Below the pieces are notes generated by a model. The model did no database searches and was not told where the DNA came from. It worked only from the letters and a program-made list of their open reading frames with translations. The position numbers and the translations under genes were made by a program. DNA of 64,000 bases from an uncultured Dehalococcoidia bacterium (GTDB lineage Bacteria > Chloroflexota > Dehalococcoidia > DSTF01 > WHTK01): contig CAYRCD010000002.1 in the NCBI GenBank assembly GCA_964422735.1, positions 11,817 through 75,816 on the forward strand. The letters run 5' to 3'. Each line of letters starts with the position of its first letter. Positions within the stretch are counted from its first letter, which is position 1. Shown piece by piece: positions 56,695-64,000 of the stretch.

Positions 56695-57630
56695 CTACGG
56701 GATTACCCCCCTCGCCCGCAGGAAGGCCGGCGCGGCCGCGACCGCGGCGTCGGGCTGACGATGGTCGATTTCGAATACGCGCAGGGCCGTCCCTGGCAGA
56801 CCCGTCGCGATGTAGGACCAATCGACGTCACCGTTGCCCGGCGCGCGGTGGTCGCCGATGCCGTCGACGTCGTGGAGGTGGGAGCCGATCGTGCGCGGCG
56901 AAAGACGCGGGAACCAGGCATGACGGTCGATGAGGCCGAGGCGGTGCTGGACCTCGGCATGTCCGACGTCGTGCCAGTAACCGGCGGCTTCGTTCGCGTA
57001 ACCGGCGAGGAGCGCCGCGGCGTCATCGGGCGAGGGGATCTCGTGGAAGTGGTAGCGGTTCTCCAGCCCGATGGCGACGCCGCGAGGCGCCGCGTACTGC
57101 GTGAGCTCCTGCAGAGAGCCGGCCGCGGCTTCCAGGCAGGCGCCGAGCCCGTCCGCCCTGTGCTTCCGGCAGCGCTCGCGCAACTCCGCAACGCGCTCTC
57201 CCTCACGAACGCCGGAGTCGTAGAGCCGGCGCAGTTCCGTCTCCCACTCAGTCATCGCGTCGCCGACGCCTCCCAGGTGCACGACGGCATAGCGCAAGCC
57301 GGCACGGGCGGCGTAGTCCAGCGTGCGCCGGGTGTGGTCCAGCGCCAGCCGGCGGGACTCTGCGTTCGGCGACGCGAGGTTGGCGTCGCTGTTCCAGCGT
57401 CCGTCCCTCAGCTTCAGGCGCGGCGTGGGGGCGTGCAGGCTGGAGAGGCCAATCGGCCCTTCGGTCAGCAGACGTTGAAGCCGAGGTTCGTCGGTCGAGT
57501 GACTGACCTCGATGGCCGTATAGCCGAAGGACGCCGCCGCGCTCCTGAAGGCCTCGATGTCCGCGAAGCGGTCCTGCTGCGCCCACATGGTCGAGAGTGA
57601 GATGACGCCGTCGGTCACTGGTCGCTCCAT
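56695..57630 (-). CDS. sugar phosphate isomerase/epimerase (xylose-isomerase-like TIM barrel)
   Basis: 311 aa AP-endonuclease-2/XI-like TIM barrel signature: GYTAIEV...LGLEN. Confidence 0.75.
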   Translation of the reverse strand: MERPVTDGVISLSTMWAQQDRFADIEAFRSAAASFGYTAIEVSHSTDEPRLQRLLTEGPIGLSSLHAPTPRLKLRDGRWNSDANLASPNAESRRLALDHTRRTLDYAARAGLRYAVVHLGGVGDAMTEWETELRRLYDSGVREGERVAELRERCRKHRADGLGACLEAAAGSLQELTQYAAPRGVAIGLENRYHFHEIPSPDDAAALLAGYANEAAGYWHDVGHAEVQHRLGLIDRHAWFPRLSPRTIGSHLHDVDGIGDHRAPGNGDVDWSYIATGLPGTALRVFEIDHRQPDAAVAAAPAFLRARGVIP

Positions 57631-57728
57631 CGAAGGTGGCGGAGTCGCGGGCAGACCTATTCTAGCCGCCCCGATCTCACACTTCGCGCCAGGGCATCAC
57701 CGTCGTATACTCCCTCACCGACGGCGAA

Positions 57729-58604
57729 TTGGTGGAGGAGACGCGCGTGCAGGACTTCGACGGTAGGGTGGCGGTAGTTACCGGCGCTGCCAGCGGCATC
57801 GGACGCGGGTTGGCCGAGTGTTTCGCCCGCCAGGGCATGAAGGTGGTGATGGCCGACGTCGAGGACCGGGCGCTCGAGGCGGCGGTCCTGGAGCTGCGCC
57901 GGCAGGAGCTCGAAGTCCTGGGTGTGCGCACCGACGTATCGACGCAGGAGTCCGTCGACGAGCTCGCCCGCCGCGCGTTCGAGACCTACGGGAAGGTCCA
58001 CGTCCTCTGCAACAATGCCGGCGTATCGGGCGGTGGCGCCCCCGGGACAGGGCTGTGGCAGCAAAGCCTCAAGGATTGGCAGTGGGTCTTCGGCGTCAAC
58101 TTCTGGGGCGTCGTCCACGGCGTCCGCGCCTTTCTCCCGGCCATGCTCGCCGCCGGCGAAGAAGGCCACATCGTCAACACCGCTTCGATCATGGGCCTCC
58201 TGCCCGGCGGCGGGATCTATGGTGCGACCAAGCACGCCGTCGTCAGCGTTTCCGAGACTCTCCACACCCAGCTAACCGCGATGAACGCGAAGATCAGGGT
58301 CTCGGTGCTCTGCCCGGGCGGCGTCCGTACCCGGATCACCTCCGCGGTCCGGAACCGGCCCGAGAAGCTGTGGGAGGCCGGCGCCAGGCCGAACGATGCC
58401 GAGCTGGAGCAGCGGGATCAGATGTGGGCGCAGCGTATTCAGGCCAACTCGATGGAGCCGGAGCAAGTGGCGGACAAAGTCCTGGCCGGGATCAAGGCCG
58501 GCCAGTTCTACATCCTTTCCCACGAGAACGACACGGGCGTCCGTCGCCGCTTCGATCGCATCCTCAGCCGCGAGGGCCCCGAGCCTCCGAACGCCCTGGG
58601 CTGA
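57729..58604 (+). CDS. SDR-family oxidoreductase
   Basis: 291 aa: VTGAASGIGRG, NNAG, YGATKHAV. Confidence 0.85.
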   Translation: MVEETRVQDFDGRVAVVTGAASGIGRGLAECFARQGMKVVMADVEDRALEAAVLELRRQELEVLGVRTDVSTQESVDELARRAFETYGKVHVLCNNAGVSGGGAPGTGLWQQSLKDWQWVFGVNFWGVVHGVRAFLPAMLAAGEEGHIVNTASIMGLLPGGGIYGATKHAVVSVSETLHTQLTAMNAKIRVSVLCPGGVRTRITSAVRNRPEKLWEAGARPNDAELEQRDQMWAQRIQANSMEPEQVADKVLAGIKAGQFYILSHENDTGVRRRFDRILSREGPEPPNALG

Positions 58605-58722
58605 CGAAGGGGCCGGCGTGGGTTTTCGTGACTCGCGCAAGGCCAGCGGCGACCGGGTCCCATCATCTGGCCGCCTGCGCTTGCTACAATGAAGGGAGTA
58701 ACGCCACCAAGAAAGGCCTGAC

Positions 58723-59825
58723 TTTGGAAACCCGCGAACTTCTGACATCCGTCAGCGAGCGCATCGACCACGCACTGGTGCGTCTTTGACATCGCCCGCT
58801 TAGAAAACGAAGCCCGCTCCCTCGAAAAGCAAACGCTCGACCCTGACTTCTGGTCCGACGCCCCCAGGGCGCAGGACGTCATGCGCCGCCTGTCGCAGGC
58901 CCGGGCCACTGTCGAGACCTGGCGCGGCCTCGCCATGGAGGCGCGCGAGGCCCTGGAGCTCCTCGATCTCGCGCAGGCGGAAGGCGACCAGGAGATGCTG
59001 GGCCACGTCGCCACAGATGCGCAGGCGATCGACCGGCGTGTCGGCCGGCTCGAGTTCGAGCTGGCCTTCAGCGGTCCTTACGACGCGCGCAACGCGATCC
59101 TGGCGATTCACGCCGGCGCGGGCGGCACCGAGTCGCAGGACTGGGCCGAGATGCTCCTGCGCATGTACCTGCGCTGGGCCGAAGCCCAGGGCTTCAAGGC
59201 CGAGGTCATCGACCTGACGATGGGCGAGGAGGCCGGCATCAAGAGCGTCACCGTCGAGATCGCCGGAGCGAACGCCTACGGCCGTCTGCGCAGCGAGCGC
59301 GGCGTCCACCGCCTCGTCCGCATATCGCCCTTCGACGCCTCGAAGTCACGCCACACGTCCTTCGCACTGATCGAGGTCATGCCCGAGGCCGAGGGCGAGG
59401 TGGAAGTGAACCTCGATCCCAACGACCTCCGCATCGACATCTTTCACTCCTCCGGCCACGGAGGCCAGAACGTCCAAAAGGTCGCGACGGCCGTACGCAT
59501 CACCCACATCCCCACTGGTATCGTCGTGACCTGCCAGAACGAGCGCTCGCAGGGACGGAACAAAGAGTTCGCGATGCGCGTCCTGGAAGCGAGACTCCTC
59601 GAACGGAGGCTCGAAGAGCGGGCCGAGGAGCAGGCGCGGATCAAGGGCGATCACGTCGAGATGGGCTGGGGCAACCAGATCCGAAGCTACGTGCTGCATC
59701 CTTACAAGATGGTCAAAGACCACCGCACCGGCTACGAGACCTCGAACGCCAACGCGGTGCTCGATGGCGATCTCGAAGGCCTCATGCGGGCGTACTTGAA
59801 AGAGACGATGGGAGAAGAGTCGTGA
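58723..59825 (+). CDS. prfB: peptide chain release factor 2, requiring programmed +1 frameshift; additionally broken by an extra C in a C6 run in this sequence
   Basis: Frame 0 from TTG 58723 (AAGAAAGG RBS) gives M/LETRELLTSVSERIDHALVRL, ending at CTT TGA C (58783-58789). The +1 frame continues DIARLENEARSLEKQTLDPDFWSDAP, then needs one C fewer in CCCCCC (58860-65) to join the track ORF 58881..59825 (RAQDVMRRLSQ...SPF...GGQ). Confidence 0.8.
58783..58789 (+). promoter_or_regulatory. RF2 autoregulatory +1 frameshift site CUU UGA C
   Basis: Exact canonical heptamer, with GGUG 4 nt upstream acting as an internal SD-like element. Confidence 0.8.
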
Positions 59826-61147
59826 TGCGCCGGTCAGCTCTGGTCCTGGCTCTGCTCATTGCGATCTTTGGGGCCGCTCAGGCAGTCCGGGCCGACGGCA
59901 TCGAGGTCCGCTCTCAGTCGGTGCAGAATAAGTTCCCCGGCGGCCTCCAGTTCCAGCTGTTCGTGGCCGCGTCTGGAGACATAACAGACGCGAGGCTCCG
60001 CTACAAGCTGCTGCCTCTGAACGTCGAGACTTCGATCAAAGCAACCTGCACGCAAGGTTCCGTGTCCAATTGCACGGCGTTGCTCGGGAACACGTTCGGG
60101 ACCTTTCTCTTCCCGGGCGCCACGATCGATTACTCATGGGACTTGCAGGACTCGGCCGGTGGCACGCTGCGCACTCCTGAGGCAAGGGCCACCTACCAGG
60201 ACGACCGTTTCCGATGGGATTCCAAGACGTCCGGCAAGGTCACGGTCTACTTCTATAGCGGGAGCGATCAGACGATCACTTCGGTCTTACAGTCGGCGAA
60301 CGAATCTGTCGAGCGCATGAGCAAGCTCCTGAACACCCAGGTCGACTTCCCCTTGAAGGTTTGGCTTTACAAGAACGCGAGTGACCTGCGGGCGGCTTCA
60401 CAGCCCCAAAGTGGCGCTACGGGCGGCATCCTCGAAGGCCAGCAGGTCGCGGGCGACACGGTGCTCTCTACACTCGATCCGTCTCCCCTGGATACCGTGC
60501 GTCACGAGTTGACCCACGTCGTGGTCGCGCGCGCCAGCCGCGGCTACCTGGGCGAGGTGCCGCTGTGGATTAACGAAGGCCTTGCCGTCTTCTCGCAGAG
60601 GCAATTCGACGCCGGATGGACGGCGTCTCTAGAGCTCGCGAAACGCAGAAACCAGCCGATACCGGTAGAGATTCTCGGTGGTAATTCCATCGCGCGGGGG
60701 ACCGACTTCAGCCTCTTCTACGGCGAGTCGGGCTCGATCATTAGCTTCATGGTGAGCAAGTACGGCGACCAGAAGTTCGGCGAGTTTTTCGCGGTTCTGC
60801 GCAGCAACACGGTGGGCGGCGCCTTGAAGCAGGTGTATGGCCTGGATGAAGAAGGGCTGGAAAACGCCTGGCGGGCGAGCATCGGTCTGCCGGCTCTGGC
60901 CCCCGCGGGCACACGCGCCTCCGGCTCCAACGAGCGCTCGCTGCCGACGATCGTACCCTTCGGCGCCGCTAATCAGCCCGCCGCCGCCACTCCCGCGGCA
61001 GGCGGGGGCCAGACGGGAGAGCAGACCGCCAAGTCGGGCGGCGGCTCTTCGAACAGTGTCGTAATCGTGGTCGGCGCCCTCACGGCGCTGGCGGTCCTGG
61101 GGATTCTCGGCGGCGGACTCTGGGTGGCGCGGCGAACGAAGAGTTGA
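59822..61147 (+). CDS. secreted, C-terminally membrane-anchored HExxH (zincin-like/peptidase-MA-like) protein translationally coupled to prfB
   Basis: 441 aa. Signal peptide MMRRSALVLALLIAIFGAAQA. VRHELTHVV...WINEGLAVF (HExxH...E). Gly/Ala/Pro linker. TM VVIVVGALTALAVLGILGGGLWV. GTG/ATG start overlaps the prfB stop. Confidence 0.6.
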   Translation: MMRRSALVLALLIAIFGAAQAVRADGIEVRSQSVQNKFPGGLQFQLFVAASGDITDARLRYKLLPLNVETSIKATCTQGSVSNCTALLGNTFGTFLFPGATIDYSWDLQDSAGGTLRTPEARATYQDDRFRWDSKTSGKVTVYFYSGSDQTITSVLQSANESVERMSKLLNTQVDFPLKVWLYKNASDLRAASQPQSGATGGILEGQQVAGDTVLSTLDPSPLDTVRHELTHVVVARASRGYLGEVPLWINEGLAVFSQRQFDAGWTASLELAKRRNQPIPVEILGGNSIARGTDFSLFYGESGSIISFMVSKYGDQKFGEFFAVLRSNTVGGALKQVYGLDEEGLENAWRASIGLPALAPAGTRASGSNERSLPTIVPFGAANQPAAATPAAGGGQTGEQTAKSGGGSSNSVVIVVGALTALAVLGILGGGLWVARRTKS

Positions 61148-61198
61148 CGGCCGTTGGCGGCCGCGCCCACTCTGAGTGCCTGCCTGCCCCTTGCGTTA

Positions 61199-61651
61199 CT
61201 ACGCTTCGAGCGCGCTGTGCTCGGCCGTGGCGGCTCGGACCTGGCTCGGCTCTTTCTCGGCCTGACGGACCCTTAGCCTGCGCACGGGCCCACGCTCGGC
61301 CGCGTTCAGGAGACCCTTCTTCATTCCGAGAAAGGCAAATACCTGGGTCCTGAGCCCGTCCGAGCAGGTCAGGAGGCGGCCCTGACTGTTGTAGAGCCGG
61401 TAGGTGATCTGGTCCGCAGGCGGTTCGGGGACGTACAGGAGCACTTCGCCGTCGGCGGCAATGACGCTTATGCCGCTGGGAAAGCGCGTGAAGTCGTCGG
61501 TCTCCGCGACAAGCGCGCCGGCGGCGTCGTAGAGGCGAAAAGCAATCACGGATTCGCCCTGAACATCGCGGCCAACCCTGAGCAGTGCCTCATTTCCGGC
61601 GTTGTCTATGAAGTCGGTGCTCTCTCCCGGTCGACTTCGGCCGGTCCTCAC
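61199..61651 (-). CDS. hypothetical protein
   Basis: 150 aa, ordinary composition, no recognisable motifs. Confidence 0.4.
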   Translation of the reverse strand: MRTGRSRPGESTDFIDNAGNEALLRVGRDVQGESVIAFRLYDAAGALVAETDDFTRFPSGISVIAADGEVLLYVPEPPADQITYRLYNSQGRLLTCSDGLRTQVFAFLGMKKGLLNAAERGPVRRLRVRQAEKEPSQVRAATAEHSALEA

Positions 61652-61863
61652 TCCACACGACCAGGCTGAAGGCGATCAAGGGCGTTCGTGAAGGAGAGCA
61701 AGTGACGACCTCGTTTCAGTTCCGGGCTAGTCGAGTCTGGCCGCGGACATGGCGTCGATGGTCGGGGAACTGCTCCCAGTGTAACAGAGTTGGGCCGCTC
61801 AGACGCAGGCCGCGGCCATAGCGAGTCTTCGGCGAGGGGCGCCGAGGTCCGCGCCAAGGCTGT

Positions 61864-63999
61864 TTACTTCGACTCCATCACCCATACGCCGGCCCAGTCG
61901 CGGCCGGGCGGATGTTCCTTCAGGTAAAGGCAGCGGTCGACGTATATCTGTGACAGCCTGTCACCGGGATGGAGGCTCAGAGCCTCCTTAAAGGCCCGGA
62001 TCGCCGCATCCCACTCTCCCGCGCGATAGCGGGTGACGGCATCCTTGAAGTGGGCAACTACCTCCATCAAGTTGGGGAAGGTTACGTCGGTGTGATAATC
62101 GAGTACTTCGTACACGCCGACCGGCTCAGTTTTCCCCTTGACCACCACCCGATCTATGTCGCGAATGCGGTACGTGCCGCGCAATTTTCGGTAGGTGTGC
62201 TCACTGATCAGCATGCGCGTCGAATACTGCTTACACGCACTCTCCAGGCGGGAGGCGAGGTTCACGCCGTCGCCCATCACGGTGTAATCCATCCGCTTGG
62301 GCGAGCCGATATTGCCGGACAGGACCATATCGGTGCTGACTCCGATACGCATGTCGACGGGCTTCTTACCGTTTGCCACGCGTTCCACGTTCCAGGCCGC
62401 CAGCTCCGTGAGCATGGAAATAGCGGCACGCACGGCCCGGTCCTCGTCGTCATCATGGGCGAGAGGAAGGCCGAAAACGGCCATGATTGCATCGCCGATG
62501 AATTTGTCGAGCATGCCCCCCTGGCGCTGAATGCAGTCGCACATTATGGTGAAATACTCGTTCAGCAACGCGACGGTCGCCTGGGGTCCGAGCTCCTCGG
62601 TCAGGGGAGTGAAGTCGCGAACGTCGGTGAAGAGCACCGTGGCAAGAATATTGGTGCCGCCCAGGACGTCGCTGCCGCCGGCCAGGAGCTGGTCCGCGAT
62701 CGAAGGGTCCATGTAACGGGACATCGTCGACTTCATGCGCTTTTCGCTGCTCATGTCCTCGATCATGATCATGCTTCCGAGCTTCTTGCGCTCGACGCTG
62801 ATCAGGGGCAGGACGGTCACGTTCACCGACAGCGTGTCCCCACCGAAGGCCATTTCGGCGCCCATGGCGAGATCAGCGGCGCTCGTCTCCTCGACTCGTC
62901 GCACCTTTTCCAGCACCCAGGCGTTGGCGCCCGTGAAAAACTCGTCGGCCCGGCATTCGAGAATGTCCTCGGGCGTGACCCGCATGATGCGCCGGCCGGC
63001 CGCGTTGCAGGTGACGATTGTCCCTTCTTCGTCCAGGGTGATCACCGCGTTCGACATACTCTCGAGGATGCCCTCGTTGTAGTTCTTCATGTTCTGGACA
63101 TCATCGAAAAGCTTGGCGTTTTCCAGGGCCATGGACACCTGGGCCGTGAAGGCTCGCAGGCGCGACTCGTCCTCCCTGGAGAAGGGGCCGCCGCGCTTGT
63201 TCAATACCTGGGTCGCGCCGATCGTCTTCCCGGCCTTGTTAACGACGGGGACACAGAGGATGGAGCGCGTGAAATAGCCGGTCTGTTTGTCGAACGCGGG
63301 GTTGAATCGAAGGTCGGCATAGGCATGGGGGATGTTCACGGTCTCGCCCGTGGAAAAGACTGTGCCGGCGATACCGGTATGGTTAGGCAGGCGGATCTGG
63401 GTTGCGCCCAGTCCCTCACCCACGACGGTGTAGAGCTCGCGGGTCTTCTCGTCGTTGAGGAACAGGGCCGAACGGTCGGCGTTGAGCATTCTCGTCGCCT
63501 CGCTCATGACCTTGCGCAGCAGGGCGGCGAGGTCGAGCTCGGCGGTGACATCGGAAACGACGTCGAGGAACTCGATCTCCTGGGCGCGAGTCTTCTGCAT
63601 GCGTTCAACCAGGGCCGTGGTTTGCAGCGCGATTGCGGCCTGCGTGGCCATGGCGCCAAGGGTGGCAAGGTCGTCTTCGCTGAACTGTCCGGTTGTCTTG
63701 TTCAGAGCCTGGACGACGCCAATAAGCTCGCCTCTGACCGTCTTAATCGGCGTACAGACCAGATTCTTAGTGACGAAGCCGGTGAGCTCGTCGACGGCAG
63801 GGTTGAAATGCTCGTGAGCATAGGCATCGTGCACAATCAGCCCTTTGCCTGTTGAAAAAACATGGCCGGCCACCCCCAGGGTGTTCAGCATGCGAATCTC
63901 GCGTTGGAGGTTTCCCTGGGCGACGCGGGAGTACAACTCTCCCGTGCGACCATCGTTAAGGAACAGCGTGCTGCGCTCGGCGCCCAATTCCGAGGACAT
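61864..63999 (-). CDS. GAF-GAF-sensor class-III adenylate/guanylate cyclase with C-terminal TPR-like region (5' end likely beyond window)
   Basis: 711 aa in window: two GAF domains, class-III cyclase catalytic core (FTDVRDFT...FIGDAIMAVFG...VMGDGVNLASRLE). The first GAF starts only about 10 aa after the Met at 63999. Confidence 0.85.
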   Translation of the reverse strand: MSSELGAERSTLFLNDGRTGELYSRVAQGNLQREIRMLNTLGVAGHVFSTGKGLIVHDAYAHEHFNPAVDELTGFVTKNLVCTPIKTVRGELIGVVQALNKTTGQFSEDDLATLGAMATQAAIALQTTALVERMQKTRAQEIEFLDVVSDVTAELDLAALLRKVMSEATRMLNADRSALFLNDEKTRELYTVVGEGLGATQIRLPNHTGIAGTVFSTGETVNIPHAYADLRFNPAFDKQTGYFTRSILCVPVVNKAGKTIGATQVLNKRGGPFSREDESRLRAFTAQVSMALENAKLFDDVQNMKNYNEGILESMSNAVITLDEEGTIVTCNAAGRRIMRVTPEDILECRADEFFTGANAWVLEKVRRVEETSAADLAMGAEMAFGGDTLSVNVTVLPLISVERKKLGSMIMIEDMSSEKRMKSTMSRYMDPSIADQLLAGGSDVLGGTNILATVLFTDVRDFTPLTEELGPQATVALLNEYFTIMCDCIQRQGGMLDKFIGDAIMAVFGLPLAHDDDEDRAVRAAISMLTELAAWNVERVANGKKPVDMRIGVSTDMVLSGNIGSPKRMDYTVMGDGVNLASRLESACKQYSTRMLISEHTYRKLRGTYRIRDIDRVVVKGKTEPVGVYEVLDYHTDVTFPNLMEVVAHFKDAVTRYRAGEWDAAIRAFKEALSLHPGDRLSQIYVDRCLYLKEHPPGRDWAGVWVMESK

Positions 64000-64000
64000 G

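Noticed and set aside
1-64000. Canonical defence systems (CRISPR-Cas, restriction-modification, Abi, CBASS, retron)
   Set aside because: No repeats-plus-spacers array and no nuclease, methyltransferase, cyclase-effector or reverse-transcriptase signatures were seen. The only cyclase is a GAF-regulated class-III adenylate cyclase of housekeeping signalling type.

Overview
High-GC (about 68 %) bacterial chromosomal window, probably from a Chloroflexota- or Actinobacteria-like monoderm: GGAGG ribosome-binding sites, Tat plus lipobox lipoproteins, F420/luciferase-like monooxygenases. It is mostly core and peripheral metabolism, with many toxin-antitoxin modules scattered through it.

From start to end:
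- 1-6300: a MazF-family toxin running off the window start with an HTH-type partner, hisA and hisH separated by a small 2TM gene, then GNAT, HAD, nitroreductase, an F420-dependent LLM oxidoreductase and a membrane protein.
- 6795-9453: two adjacent family-III CoA-transferases.
- 9689-21733: three paralogous peptide/nickel-type ABC importer cassettes (three lipoprotein SBPs and six permeases) with no ATPase genes, ending in a clean intrinsic terminator.
- 22621-24071: mtnP and apt salvage genes.
- 24221-29455: DUF421, a class-C beta-lactamase-like hydrolase, a CocE/NonD S15 hydrolase, hicB with a frame-disrupted hicA, and a second LLM oxidoreductase.
- 29475-32356 (minus strand): GNAT, APH-like kinase and a signal-less TAXI/PBP-like protein, with duplicated A-rich leader repeats.
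- 32520-39080: M48 peptidase, YdeI/DUF1905, alpha/beta hydrolase, a 347-aa protein of unknown family, ABM monooxygenase, a second hicAB pair, and a SnoaL-like protein.
- 39182-42802: tRNA-Ser(UGA), a crotonase, a pseudogene fragment of the 347-aa family, DinB, and two SDRs.
- 43692-46957: sucC and sucD split by a translationally coupled TPR + PIN gene pair.
- 47016-49028: a 670-aa ECF-sigma/anti-sigma single-polypeptide fusion.
- 49097-55886 (minus strand): truB-rbfA-infB-ylxR-nusA, then proS.
- 55888-63999: a vapBC pair, a xylose-isomerase-like TIM barrel, an SDR, prfB with its CUU_UGA_C frameshift site, a coupled HExxH membrane-anchored protein, and a 5'-partial GAF-GAF adenylate cyclase at the window end.

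Several ORFs (hicA, a GNAT, the PBP-like gene, prfB, truB start) show single-nucleotide frame breaks sitting on homopolymer or GC-repeat runs. This fits assembly indel errors at least as well as real pseudogenisation.

No CRISPR array, integrase, transposase, reverse transcriptase or recognisable defence-system enzyme was found. The most unusual structures are the three ATPase-less ABC cassettes, the TPR-PIN insertion in sucCD, the sigma/anti-sigma fusion, the duplicated A-rich leader, and the CAAAG/CTTTG-rich inverted-repeat regions upstream of acyl-CoA genes and the tRNA.
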